DNA of 64,000 bases from Nitrospinales bacterium (GCA_965205835.1 OZ242182.1:2236226-2300225), one strand, 5' to 3'; numbered from the stretch's first letter, positions 1 to 9,860 are shown. The notes: a model not told the origin generated them from the letters alone. A program made the numbers and translations.

Positions 1-1
1 T

Positions 2-1036
2 TATACATCGAATCCGGACACGGCTACCGGCGATGGTGTTGCGGTGGCTTATCGAGCCGGAGCACAAATCGCCAATATGGAATTTTTCCAGTTCCATCCT
101 ACCTGCCTGTTTCATCCGAAAGCGAAATCGTTTCTCATTTCAGAGACGGTGCGGGGCGAGGGCGGAATCTTGCGTCTGCAAAACGGCGACACGTTCATGG
201 AGAACTATCACTCTTTAGGCTGTCTGGCTCCTCGTGATGTGGTGGCACGGGCCATCGACTACGAAATGAAAATGAATGGCAACGACTATGTCCTTCTCGA
301 TGCGACGCATCTTGAGGGTTGCCGCATTCGCGAGCGTTTCCCAAATATTTATAATACCTGTCTGGAGTTCGGATTCGATATGTCGCGGGAGCCTGTTCCC
401 GTTGTGCCGGCAGCGCATTATATGTGCGGCGGACTGGTGGTGGACGTCAACGGTCAGACCAATATCAAAAGGCTTTTTGCCAGTGGAGAGATATGTTTCT
501 CCGGTCTGCATGGTGCCAATCGGCTGGCCTCCAACTCCCTGCTGGAAGGACTGGTGCTCTCGCACCGTGCGGTGGAAAAAGCGGTGAAGTTGTTTAAGGA
601 GTCCAAAAGTTCTAAAAGCCCGTTGGAGCGGATTCCTGAATGGGACCCCGGAAGCGCGGTGGACAGTGACGAGTCGGTCATTGTATCACACAACTGGGAC
701 GAGATCCGCCGATTAATGTGGAACTATGTCGGCATTGTTCGATCCGACAAGCGTCTAAAACGGGCGGAGTGCCGCATTCAGCTTCTGCTGGAAGAGATTC
801 AGGAATATTACTGGAACTTTAAAATCACCAAGGACACGCTGGAGTTGAGAAACATCGCCATCACGGCGCAGTTGATCATTCAAGGAGCCATGACCCGGAA
901 AGAAAGCCGTGGTTTGCACTATAATCTCGACTATCCGAAATCCGATGACGCGAACTGGAAAGAGGACACGGTTTCCCAGAGCACTGCTCATCGATTGATA
1001 ACTAAAACCAACCCGAGAATTATGACTCATGAGTGA
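2..1036 (+). CDS. nadB: L-aspartate oxidase, 5' end outside the window
   Basis: The frame is open from position 2 ([20 protein letters not shown]). Motifs [55 protein letters not shown] and RKESRGLHY are present. Confidence 0.95.
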   Translation, partial: YTSNPDTATGDGVAVAYRAGAQIANMEFFQFHPTCLFHPKAKSFLISETVRGEGGILRLQNGDTFMENYHSLGCLAPRDVVARAIDYEMKMNGNDYVLLDATHLEGCRIRERFPNIYNTCLEFGFDMSREPVPVVPAAHYMCGGLVVDVNGQTNIKRLFASGEICFSGLHGANRLASNSLLEGLVLSHRAVEKAVKLFKESKSSKSPLERIPEWDPGSAVDSDESVIVSHNWDEIRRLMWNYVGIVRSDKRLKRAECRIQLLLEEIQEYYWNFKITKDTLELRNIAITAQLIIQGAMTRKESRGLHYNLDYPKSDDANWKEDTVSQSTAHRLITKTNPRIMTHE

Positions 1037-3362
1037 AGAAAAAACAGTACACATGCTGATCCGAGATTTTTTTGGCGTGGTTGCGCTCGCCTTCACTGTA
1101 TTTGGCTTGATGGCGTTGACGACTTTTTCTCCCGATGACCCGTCCTTCAATAAAAGTATTACCGGGACGAACGTGGCAAACTCTGTTGGCATGATCGGAG
1201 CTTATTTTTCCGATGGACTGGCGCGGGTTTTTGGCAGTGGTTCATTTTTCTTTCCGGTGATCACGATGCTTTTAGGCTGGGCTTTGATTCGGGGAAAAGA
1301 TTTTCACAACTGGTCGTTGATTTTAATTTCGGGGGTTTTCTTTTTGATCGGACTATGCTCTCTGCTCGCGATCCAGTTCGAGGTTGACCCGTTTTTTGGT
1401 TCGGCGGTCCCGGTTGGCGGTTTGGTCGGCCATGGTCTTGGCGGATTTCTGGTGACATGGTTGAATGCTTCAGGAGCGGCGTTGACCCTGATCACTTTAT
1501 TATTCGTGGCCTTTCTGGTGATGACGCGCATTCCGGCCAACGCTCTGGTGGAGGGAATCGGAAAAATGTTCAAAGCCCTAGCCGCAGTGTCAATATTGGG
1601 GGTGAATGCAATAAAAAATATGACTTTGAAAGGTCTGTTGGCCACCCGGGCTTTGATCAAAAAATTCCAAACGATCGAGAGGATGCAAAAAATTAATAAA
1701 GCGGCGGTGGAGCCGGTGATCGTCACCCGTACCCGGCCTGAACCGGTGGTGAAGATTGAAGAGAAGACAAATAAAGCCAGGGAAGAGAAAGCCGAGTTTG
1801 TTGTTCAGGATCATTTTGCTTTTATGGGATCGTCTGACAAATATCAAGTTCCCCCGCTTTCCTTGTTGGAAGACTCTCCGCCGGATAAAGAAGTTCGGTC
1901 AGAGAAAACCCGCGACGAGATTCTTGCCAGCAGTGCCATTCTGGAAAAGAAGTTGTCCGACTTTGGTATTGAGGGACGGGTGGTTCAGGTTCTGCCGGGT
2001 CCGGTCATCACCTTGTTTGAGTACGAACCGGCACCGGGAGTCAAGGTCAGCCGCATTGTATCTCTGGCGGACGACCTGTCGTTGGCTATGCGTTGTGTAG
2101 GGCTTCGCATTCTAGCTCCTGTACCGGGCAAACCGGTGGTGGGTATTGAGATTCCCAATATGCGGCGCGAGACTATTTATTTTAAAGATGTCATGACATC
2201 AGACGTGTTTCAGGAGTCGGAGTCAAACCTCACTCTGGCGATTGGCAAAGATGTTACCGGCGAACCGGCGGTGCAGGATCTGGCGATCACGCCGCATTTA
2301 CTCATGGCGGGTTCGACCGGGTCGGGTAAAAGTGTCGGACTCAACGCCATGATCTGTAGCATCCTTTTGAATGCCACGCCGGATGAGGTTAAAATGATCA
2401 TGATTGATCCGAAGATGCTGGAGTTGTCTATCTATGATGGTATTCCGCATCTTATTTCCCCGGTGGTTACCAATCCTAAAAAAGCTGCTGCCGCGCTACA
2501 GTGGGCGGTCAACGAAATGGAATCGCGTTACAAAATGATGGCCGAGTGTGGAGTTCGCAATATCGGCGGCTTCAACGATTTTGCGGAGAAACTGCAAAAG
2601 GAATATGGGCTGGAACTGAAAAGCCGCGAAAAAGCCAATAAAGGAGTCAAGCCTAAAGGTGATAAGGACGAGGAAGGCGAGGAGATAATGCCGGAACCGC
2701 CCGCGAAACTCCCCTACATTGTTGTGCTGATTGATGAGTTGGCCGACCTCATGATGGTTGCGTCCAAAGGGGTGGAGGACTCGTTAACCCGGCTGGCGCA
2801 AATGGCACGGGCCGCTGGCATTCATCTGATCGTTGCCACGCAACGGCCTTCAGTGGATGTCTTGACGGGAATCATCAAGGCTAATTTCCCCGCACGCATG
2901 TCTTATAAAGTCACCTCCCGGGTGGACTCCAGAACTATTCTGGATGCCATGGGTGCCGACAAACTTCTTGGTAAAGGCGATATGCTGTTTCTCCCCCCTG
3001 GAACTTCCAAGCTTCATCGACTGCATGGGGTAATGGTCAGCGATGCGGAAATTCAACGTATTGTCGACTTTATCAAGGAGCAGGCAAAACCGCGCTATCA
3101 GGAAGATATCTTCGAGTCGGTGATTCAGGAAGAGAAAGGTGGAGGAGAAGAGGAAGAACCGTTTGATGAAAAATATGATGAAGCCCTTGCCATTGTCGCG
3201 AAAGACCGGCAGGCTTCCATTTCTTACATACAACGGCGATTAAGAATAGGCTATAATCGAGCAGCTCGAATTGTTGAAACCATGGAGAGAGAAGGAGTGA
3301 TAGGCCCATCCGATGGGGTCAAACCCCGCGAAGTCTATGTCAGCCCGATCGAAGTTGAATAG
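1029..3362 (+). CDS. ftsK: DNA translocase FtsK/SpoIIIE
   Basis: N-terminal transmembrane segments, Walker [44 protein letters not shown], and the gamma domain [19 protein letters not shown]. Confidence 0.97.
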   Translation: MSEEKTVHMLIRDFFGVVALAFTVFGLMALTTFSPDDPSFNKSITGTNVANSVGMIGAYFSDGLARVFGSGSFFFPVITMLLGWALIRGKDFHNWSLILISGVFFLIGLCSLLAIQFEVDPFFGSAVPVGGLVGHGLGGFLVTWLNASGAALTLITLLFVAFLVMTRIPANALVEGIGKMFKALAAVSILGVNAIKNMTLKGLLATRALIKKFQTIERMQKINKAAVEPVIVTRTRPEPVVKIEEKTNKAREEKAEFVVQDHFAFMGSSDKYQVPPLSLLEDSPPDKEVRSEKTRDEILASSAILEKKLSDFGIEGRVVQVLPGPVITLFEYEPAPGVKVSRIVSLADDLSLAMRCVGLRILAPVPGKPVVGIEIPNMRRETIYFKDVMTSDVFQESESNLTLAIGKDVTGEPAVQDLAITPHLLMAGSTGSGKSVGLNAMICSILLNATPDEVKMIMIDPKMLELSIYDGIPHLISPVVTNPKKAAAALQWAVNEMESRYKMMAECGVRNIGGFNDFAEKLQKEYGLELKSREKANKGVKPKGDKDEEGEEIMPEPPAKLPYIVVLIDELADLMMVASKGVEDSLTRLAQMARAAGIHLIVATQRPSVDVLTGIIKANFPARMSYKVTSRVDSRTILDAMGADKLLGKGDMLFLPPGTSKLHRLHGVMVSDAEIQRIVDFIKEQAKPRYQEDIFESVIQEEKGGGEEEEPFDEKYDEALAIVAKDRQASISYIQRRLRIGYNRAARIVETMEREGVIGPSDGVKPREVYVSPIEVE

Positions 3363-3678
3363 GGTTTTCGGGAAGAATCTTGTTCTCCTGTTAACGCCGT
3401 TTCTTTTGGTTGCTTTTTGCGCGACCAGGTTGGTTTTGCGGGGATTTACTCCTACCGGGATACAGGCCGCGAAACTGGTGGAAAAGCCAGCTCGATCGTT
3501 ATAAGAATTTCCTCCAGGCAAGAACCTACAAGCGCAAGGGACATGAAAAGGCAGGGAGCCTGGAGAAGACCGTAAATTTTTATAAGAAGCTGAAGAGAAG
3601 AAACTTTTATTTAGGGCTTCCACTTCTGGTCTGCTGGTCTGCCAAACCGTTTTCGACCGTTTTCATAATTGGTGAGCC

Positions 3679-4452
3679 ATGCAAGGTTCCACTGCCGCTG
3701 ACCAGGACGATTTTCTCTTTATCCTGTTAGGGGCCAGCAACTTGGCGCGGGGCTATTCTGCCCTGACTCGAAAAATTTCCCACAATATTTTACAAGTCGA
3801 GTTTGTCAACGCGATGGGACCAGGCCGAGGTTATTGCGCCCGAGGAGGATTTTTCAATTTCACCTATTCTCCCATTGGTGAATGCCGGGTTATGGAATCT
3901 GCCAAAGCTTATGCGGAACGTGGTTCTCGAATGGCGGTGCTATTGACTGATATCGGCAATGATATCATGTATGGAGTGCCTGACCCTTCTCTCATTAAAT
4001 GTCTGGACAGCCTGATCGAAAAACCTCTGCAATGGAACGCCGAGGTTTTTGTGACCTCTATTCATGTGGATGTATCCAAAGATATGGGAAAGGCCTCCTT
4101 CAAGCTATTGAAGGCCATCTTTTATCCAAAAAGTCCGGTGACTTTTGAGCAGGCCGATGCGGCGGTAAAAAAGGTAAATCATTACCTTGTAGAAAAATCA
4201 CGGCAGAGCGAGCGGGTTCATTTAGTGAGTGGACTGGGCGCATTCTGTGGCGTGGATAAAATCCATTACAGTCTGCAAAAAAGTCATCTTGCCTGGTCGC
4301 GCGTTGCCAATACAATGCTTTCGGTGCTGGGTGTGGCCTCCGATGGGAATGTTGGTCCGGGTTCCACGATAGTTTCTCTTTGGCAAGGTCTGAACCACCT
4401 GATAACTTCTGATATGTTGAGGGTCAGAAAAAAGCCGAAAGGGTTTTTCTAG
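3679..4452 (+). CDS. SGNH/GDSL-like hydrolase family protein
   Basis: 257-aa ORF with a block I-like LLGASN, block III-like DIGND and block V-like DKIHY. Confidence 0.65.
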   Translation: MQGSTAADQDDFLFILLGASNLARGYSALTRKISHNILQVEFVNAMGPGRGYCARGGFFNFTYSPIGECRVMESAKAYAERGSRMAVLLTDIGNDIMYGVPDPSLIKCLDSLIEKPLQWNAEVFVTSIHVDVSKDMGKASFKLLKAIFYPKSPVTFEQADAAVKKVNHYLVEKSRQSERVHLVSGLGAFCGVDKIHYSLQKSHLAWSRVANTMLSVLGVASDGNVGPGSTIVSLWQGLNHLITSDMLRVRKKPKGFF

Positions 4453-4491
4453 AAAATTTTTATTGGCATTCCAGGGTGCCGAGGGTCTTTT

Positions 4492-5235
4492 ATGGAACAT
4501 TGTCTTGCCATTATCCGGATAGGGGCGTACATCATTGTTTTTGTTATGTTTGTGATGATCGGCGTGTTCGTGCATATTTTGTTTTTTATGTCACCACCAC
4601 GACTTTTAAGATGGCTCGTTTTCTTTGAGCAATGGTGGGCCTGCGTGACTTGCAGGGTCTTCAATATTCATGTGCGGATTGAAGGAAACGCAAAGATAAA
4701 ACCGGGATCGCTGATTGTCGCCAACCATGTCGGCTCGCCGGATATTTTTGTTTTGGGCGTATGCTTTAAAGGGTTCTTCGTTTCCAAAGCCGAGATCGCC
4801 GATTGGCCCCTGTTCAACTGGCTGGCCCGGTTGGGGATGACCATTTTTGCGGACCGGAGCAAACGCCATCAGGTGAAAGCTGTCATCGGGGAAATTGAGG
4901 CACGATTAAAAAGTGGGCATTCCGTGATCCTGTTTCCTGAAGCCTGGGCGACCGATGGAACCGATGTGGAACCCTTCAAGTCGGCGGTTTTCGAGGCAGC
5001 GGTTCTTGCTGATAGGCCTGTTGTGCCTGTAGAGATTCACTATCATGACGGCCATCAGCCGACGGTTGCCTGTTATGGAGATAGTTTCATCAGCCATATC
5101 ATGGTACTGCTGAAAACACTCAGGCTTTCAGTGACGGTAACGGTGCTGCCGGAAATTTTAGCGGGCGCGGACCGGCAAACCCTGGCGGCAAAAAGTTACC
5201 AGGCCATTCGAGATAAACACATCCATCACCACTAG
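4492..5235 (+). CDS. Lysophospholipid acyltransferase (PlsC/OlsA-like)
   Basis: Catalytic HX4D motif NHVGSPD, plus FVSKAEIADWP and LFPEA motifs and an N-terminal hydrophobic segment. Confidence 0.9.
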   Translation: MEHCLAIIRIGAYIIVFVMFVMIGVFVHILFFMSPPRLLRWLVFFEQWWACVTCRVFNIHVRIEGNAKIKPGSLIVANHVGSPDIFVLGVCFKGFFVSKAEIADWPLFNWLARLGMTIFADRSKRHQVKAVIGEIEARLKSGHSVILFPEAWATDGTDVEPFKSAVFEAAVLADRPVVPVEIHYHDGHQPTVACYGDSFISHIMVLLKTLRLSVTVTVLPEILAGADRQTLAAKSYQAIRDKHIHHH

Positions 5236-5490
5236 CCGTGTACCCCCTTGCGGGGCATAAAAGTTAATGAAGGGATAACACAGAGGTAGATAGCAATAGT
5301 TTATTGCGCCGAGATGCCGATTGAAGGTAAGATGAGGCCGTTACAATTTACCAGTAGGGGGGCACAATCCACCCACTCGGCGTCGGGCCAATGAGCAATG
5401 ATCCATGAGGCCGAGAGAATATTTGCCCGCAGGATAAAGATATTGCCATTTACCAGTGGAGGCACTCCACTTTTTTGTGAAGGATTCAAC

Positions 5491-5997
5491 ATGATTCATC
5501 CTTTTAAAGGTCGGAAACCGGAGATTGACGGTTCTTCTCTGGTGGTAGAAAGCGCGCAGATCATCGGTGATGTGAAGGTTGGAGAAGAGAGCAGTGTGTG
5601 GTTCAACGCGGTGATTCGCGGCGATGTCAATCACATCCGCATTGGCAAGCGCACTAATATTCAGGATGGTTGTGTCCTGCATGTGGCGCGCAAAACCCTG
5701 CCGCTGATTGTCGGCGATGAAGTGACAGTGGGCCATAATGTCACCCTGCACGCCTGCACTATTCGATCGCAATGCCTCATCGGTATGGGAGCGATTGTTA
5801 TGGACGGCGCGGAAGTGGGGGGACAGTCCATCGTTGGTGCCGGTTCCCTGGTGACCCCGAACACGAAGATTCTGCCGAAGAGCCTGGTGCTGGGTTCGCC
5901 GGCGAAAGTAAAACGGGAACTGACTGAAGAAGAAATTCGCGGCATCCGCGAATCGGCCGCCAACTATGTCAGCGATATTGAAACTTACCTCGATTAA
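5491..5997 (+). CDS. Gamma carbonic anhydrase-like hexapeptide-repeat protein (YrdA/CaiE family)
   Basis: IIGDVKVG, AVIRGDVNHIRIG, TNIQDGCVLH, TVGHNVTLHAC and LVLGSPAKVKR motifs. Start placed at ATG 5491, the family-typical N-terminus, rather than 5398. Confidence 0.92.
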   Translation: MIHPFKGRKPEIDGSSLVVESAQIIGDVKVGEESSVWFNAVIRGDVNHIRIGKRTNIQDGCVLHVARKTLPLIVGDEVTVGHNVTLHACTIRSQCLIGMGAIVMDGAEVGGQSIVGAGSLVTPNTKILPKSLVLGSPAKVKRELTEEEIRGIRESAANYVSDIETYLD

Positions 5998-6002
5998 GAC
6001 GG

Positions 6003-6896
6003 ATGACTGAATCTGCCCCGTTCAAGGTTTTGATTGCGGTGCTGGGCGGTAGCGGGGCCTATCATCTTCTCACCAGGCAGGTCCTTGGTCAGGAAAAAGA
6101 CTGCCAAGTTTTTCAAACCCCTTATGGCGAAAGCGCGCCGATTCATTACTTCAGCTCTAAAAGTCGGGACTTTTTATTTTTATCCCGCCACGGTGAAACC
6201 GATTATTCCATCACCGCTCCTTTTGTTAATTACCGCGCCAATATTTACGCCCTGAAAAAATGTGGGGTCAAGAGAGTCATTTCATGGTCCGGTCCGGGAA
6301 TCATCAACACCACTTTCAAGCCGGGAGATTTTGTGGTGCCGAACGATATCATAGATGAGACGCGCAACCGCGAGACCACGTTTTTTAAGGATACGGGAAT
6401 CGGGTTCATCCGCATGCACCGACCCTTCTGTCCGCAGATTGCCAGCACCCTGCATGACACTCTGCACTCGAGCGGACTGCCCCATCATGAACAGGCGGTC
6501 TATGCCTGCACCGAAGGGCCACGTTTGGAAACCCCGGCGGAGATCCGCAAACTACGCCTGTTGGGTGCCGACTTGGTGGGCATGACTCTTGCCCCGGAAG
6601 CCTTCCTGGCTCGGGAAATGGAAATATGCTACACGCCGTTCTGCTACCTGACCAATTATGCCGAGGGAGTAAAGCCCAGAGAATTTAAAAAGGGGGAATT
6701 GTTTGAAGGCATGCAGACCCAAGAAGAACGAAAGCAGGTCGATGCGGCAATACAAAAATTTCCTCAACTGATCGGTGCGGTCTTTGAAAGTTTGGATGGC
6801 ATCCCACGTACCTGCGATTGCCCGGAAGCTATGCGTCGCTACAAAGACAAAGGCCTGCTTGGCGTAGGGCCAATGGGCCAAGACTCGAAAAGCTGA
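6003..6896 (+). CDS. MTAP-family purine nucleoside phosphorylase, probably 6-oxopurine/methylthioinosine-specific
   Basis: LGGSG, FLSRHG, VNYRANIYAL, EGPRLETPAE, ADLVGMT, PEAFLAREMEICY and TNYA motifs. Confidence 0.9.
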   Translation: MTESAPFKVLIAVLGGSGAYHLLTRQVLGQEKDCQVFQTPYGESAPIHYFSSKSRDFLFLSRHGETDYSITAPFVNYRANIYALKKCGVKRVISWSGPGIINTTFKPGDFVVPNDIIDETRNRETTFFKDTGIGFIRMHRPFCPQIASTLHDTLHSSGLPHHEQAVYACTEGPRLETPAEIRKLRLLGADLVGMTLAPEAFLAREMEICYTPFCYLTNYAEGVKPREFKKGELFEGMQTQEERKQVDAAIQKFPQLIGAVFESLDGIPRTCDCPEAMRRYKDKGLLGVGPMGQDSKS

Positions 6897-7297
6897 TGAA
6901 AAAGCGTTTGCTCGCTACTCACTCCCGTGGGAGGAAATATAGCAAAGGCTTTTTGAAGCCTCCAGTACAGTTTGCTGGCAGAGATAGCTATTGTTAATTG
7001 GATCCAGCGGTTTGGCCGGTCGGGCCAGGCTTCGAATCCACCGTAGACCTCTTTGAATCCATTTTGTGGGAGATACTCGGTGGCGCGACGGCTGGAGATG
7101 CCGTGGTAGCAACAAACAATCAGAGGTTTTTCCTTGTCAGCCGATTCGACATACCCTTTAACATTTCCATTGTTCAGGGAAAATACGTTCAGGATGTGGC
7201 CGACGGAGTAAGACCTTGGGCCGCGGATATTGACCACATTCGCGGAATCTTCTTCAACCATTACTTGTGCTTTGTGAGGACATGGTTCCTTAAACAT
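6839..7297 (-). pseudogene. GlpE-like rhodanese (thiosulfate sulfurtransferase), apparently decayed
   Basis: Active-site loop CYHGISS and GGFEAW are present. The conserved DIRD reads NIRG, about 3 aa are missing before GGFEAW, and the frame reads ~55 aa further into the 3' end of the convergent phosphorylase gene. Confidence 0.65.
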
Positions 7298-7372
7298 GGT
7301 TTGCAATCCTTTATAAGGTCCGGACATCGTATACAATACGACCAACCCGAAAAATAGTTCCAATTAAATTTA

Positions 7373-8050
7373 ATGCCACTTTCTGAACTGGAAAAATCTT
7401 TTAATAGCGCAAAAGAAAATGTTTTGCCGGCTGCGATGTTGGCGGCGACCATTCCACTGGTCGATGCTTACCAGCAGGCTCGAAAGTATGATTCGGCGGT
7501 GCGTTGCTTGCGGGAGGTGTTATCTGTAATTCGGAAAAAAGGAGAGATCGATCAGGAGGCGGTGGTTTTGACTACACTTGGTACCACTTTTTGGGAAAAG
7601 GCGCAGTTGCAAAAAGCTTTGGACCAGTTCAGTCTGGCTCTGGGCCTGTTTAAACAGTCTGGTGACAAGATGGGGGAACGAGCCACTCTGGCGATGATGG
7701 GCATTACTTTCTGGCGCAAATGCGAATGGCAAAAAGCGTTGGAAATCCTGGCCGATGTTTTTTGCGAGGCAGATAAACTGGTTGTTGATGACAGGTTCAT
7801 GTCGGTGCAGGGAGCGTTGGAGAGAGGCGTTGCTACTTTGCGGAACCGGGTGCGCATGGGGCGCGGACTTCAAGACCCTTTGAGAATTTTACAGCCGTTG
7901 TTTTCTGGCTGTGTTTTGCATCGAGTGTTGGGAAACCGCGAGCAGTTTGAACTTTGGCTGGATGAAGCAGTGACTTTGGCGGAGTCGTTGAATAAAACCA
8001 ATATTCTCGATGCCGCCCAGAGCATCAGGCAGCTGGGCGGCCCAGTTTAA
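7373..8050 (+). CDS. Tetratricopeptide-repeat protein
   Basis: Helical TPR-like repeats (EAVVLTTLGTTFWEKAQLQKALDQFSLAL; RATLAMMGITFWRKCEWQKALEIL). Confidence 0.75.
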   Translation: MPLSELEKSFNSAKENVLPAAMLAATIPLVDAYQQARKYDSAVRCLREVLSVIRKKGEIDQEAVVLTTLGTTFWEKAQLQKALDQFSLALGLFKQSGDKMGERATLAMMGITFWRKCEWQKALEILADVFCEADKLVVDDRFMSVQGALERGVATLRNRVRMGRGLQDPLRILQPLFSGCVLHRVLGNREQFELWLDEAVTLAESLNKTNILDAAQSIRQLGGPV

Positions 8051-8948
8051 TCCAGGTCAATTCGTTTTTGTTATGGAACAGATGTAGGACCCGGCTATTA
8101 GGAATGGCGGCAAACTTGTCCGCGACGGCAAGGTCGGGTCTGCCTTTAAACTTAATTGTGCAGATGAAGTTTTTGCAGATGCCCGATTCCACCCATTTTA
8201 GAACCCATTCATAAAGTTTGTCCGGGTAGCAGACCACATCCGAGAACAGCCAGTCAATGCGGTGATTCTTGAACTCCTCCGGCAGAAGCGTGAACGCATC
8301 ACGTTTCTGGAATGAGACGCCCTTTAATTCGGTAGCTGATTGAGATAATGGTGATCGGTCGATGCTCAAAACCTCTGCTCCGCATTGCTGAATCACCCAG
8401 GCCCAACCCCCTGGGCTGCCCCCAGCGTCTATACAGAACTCACCCGATTGCGGTGTCATGCCGGTGAGAGTGAGAGCTTCGTAAAGTTTTAAATAAGCGC
8501 GGTTGGGCGGCCCATTTTTGTCTTCGACGAAATGCGCTTCGCCGTTCGGGAATGGACTCGAACACTTCGTCGACGCGAGCAGGGTGTTTTCGTCCAGAAG
8601 CGTGAAGGTTCCTGGCGGGACTTGTGGAAAAGAAGGAGGAAAACTCAGGGGTTTAGAGCTCACCGGCGGGAGCTTTCCCAGAATTAGTTTGGCGCGGCGG
8701 TGGAGGGTGTGCGAATAGAGGCACCAGTTGCGGTGCAGGGATTTTAGTTTGTTGGCGGCATCGTTGATCGAGTCGATTTCAAGGACGACAGGATTTTCCC
8801 AGATATTCTGTGCCCAGCGCGCCAGTTTGGCAGGTTGAGAGGAAAGCACCAGCCGGTCGTGCACCGCAACCGCTCCATCAAGTTCTTTCAACAGGGGTTC
8901 GGTGAACCTCTCCGCCGCTAAGTAAGCTGATTTTATTTCAGAAGTCAT
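8025..8948 (-). CDS. FtsJ/RlmM-like SAM-dependent rRNA methyltransferase
   Basis: PPNRAYLKLYEA, the SAM motif IDAGGSPGGW, WLFSDVVCYP and ICTIKF match the RlmM catalytic domain pattern. Confidence 0.82.
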   Translation of the reverse strand: MTSEIKSAYLAAERFTEPLLKELDGAVAVHDRLVLSSQPAKLARWAQNIWENPVVLEIDSINDAANKLKSLHRNWCLYSHTLHRRAKLILGKLPPVSSKPLSFPPSFPQVPPGTFTLLDENTLLASTKCSSPFPNGEAHFVEDKNGPPNRAYLKLYEALTLTGMTPQSGEFCIDAGGSPGGWAWVIQQCGAEVLSIDRSPLSQSATELKGVSFQKRDAFTLLPEEFKNHRIDWLFSDVVCYPDKLYEWVLKWVESGICKNFICTIKFKGRPDLAVADKFAAIPNSRVLHLFHNKNELTWIKLGRPAA

Positions 8949-9047
8949 TGGACGGGATCATACCGGTTGCCATGAACCAGCTCAAGCATTAAAGTGTAAA
9001 GCTGGGATGAGTTGTGCCAGGCAAGAAGGTTAAGAAAAAATATCACG

Positions 9048-9099
9048 TCTTCGTCACGTTGTTCCTGAGAATGACAAACCGGCGTTTCCTGTCATTCTG
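9048..9099. repeat. Degenerate palindromic intergenic repeat, family A (GAATGACA...TGTCATTC)
   Basis: Inverted arms gaatgaca/tgtcattc. Segment 9066-9099 matches 14171-14204 at 29 of 34 nt. Confidence 0.75.
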
Positions 9100-9406
9100 T
9101 GGCGCGCTATTGGTCCGCATCGGTTCGGATGTGACCAGTACCTGGTCCGCTCTACTAATTTATCTTGAACCATGGTATACTACCGGCATAGCGGTGCTAT
9201 TAATGTTTTGGAATGGCGATCTGAATTAAAAAGCAGTGTTTCAGAGATTAAATCAGAGCTTAGCCTAACTATCATTCTGACTCTGTTTGTTCCGTTGCTC
9301 TGGAGAATACTTTCCCTATGAATGGAATGAAATCACAACTTCTGTTTTTCTGCTTGGGGCTGAGAGTTCGGTTTTAGGTTTTAATTTGAGGGCGCGAAGA
9401 GTGAAT

Positions 9407-9443
9407 TTGAGCGTCTTGGCTGAAGCCGCGCTTCTGGCAACCC
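9407..9443 (+). repeat. REP-like element, family B, copy 1 (upstream of rpsT)
   Basis: ttgagcgtcttggctgaagccgcgcttctggcaaccc matches 9812-9848 at 33 of 37 nt. Confidence 0.85.
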
Positions 9444-9550
9444 TGCCAAGGGAGAGGATTGAGGAATAAAGTATAAAGCACAATTCATTATTAGTTGCCT
9501 CCCGGTTTGGGGTGGCAGGTTTTTAACATTCAACATATGAGGGACAGTTC

Positions 9551-9808
9551 TTGGCTAATCATAAATCCGCGTTGAAGCGCAACCGGCAAAACCTGAAGAG
9601 AAATGAAAGAAACAAAGGTTACCGCACCCTGGTTAGGACGTTATCCAAAAAAGTGCGCACCGAAGCTGAGGCAGGCAACAAAGAGCAGGCCCGGAAAGAA
9701 TTAAAGGTTGCTGAGAAAGTTATCGCCAAGGTTGGTGGTAAAGGCATCCTCCACGCCCGCGCCGCATCCCGAAAAATTTCCAGCCTTACCCGGTTGGTCG
9801 ATCGCTGA
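9551..9808 (+). CDS. rpsT: 30S ribosomal protein S20
   Basis: MANHKSALKRNRQ and KGILHARAASRKISSL; TTG start with GAGGGA upstream. Confidence 0.96.
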   Translation: MANHKSALKRNRQNLKRNERNKGYRTLVRTLSKKVRTEAEAGNKEQARKELKVAEKVIAKVGGKGILHARAASRKISSLTRLVDR

Positions 9809-9811
9809 ATA

Positions 9812-9848
9812 TTGAGCGGCGCGGCTGAAGCCGCGCTTCCGGCAACCC
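9812..9848 (+). repeat. REP-like element, family B, copy 2, with a perfect hairpin; possible terminator for convergent rpsT/holA
   Basis: GCGCGGC-TGAA-GCCGCGC at 9819-9836; direct repeat of 9407-9443. Confidence 0.85.
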
Positions 9849-9860
9849 CCAGCCTTGCAT

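Noticed and set aside
5398-5490. N-terminal extensions in the ORF track (gamma-CA 5398, leuS 14112, lptE 11587, rpoC 28632, rpsL 32914, rpmC 41631, rplE 42956, rplR 44679, GT2 60533)
   Set aside because: These come from longest-ORF calling. Family N-termini and SD positions point to the downstream starts used above.
6998-7357. 119-aa plus-strand ORF
   Set aside because: It is the antisense shadow of the glpE-like gene.
9014-9469. Short ORFs 9014-9229 and 9287-9469
   Set aside because: They run through the repeat elements, have no SD and show no protein-like motifs.
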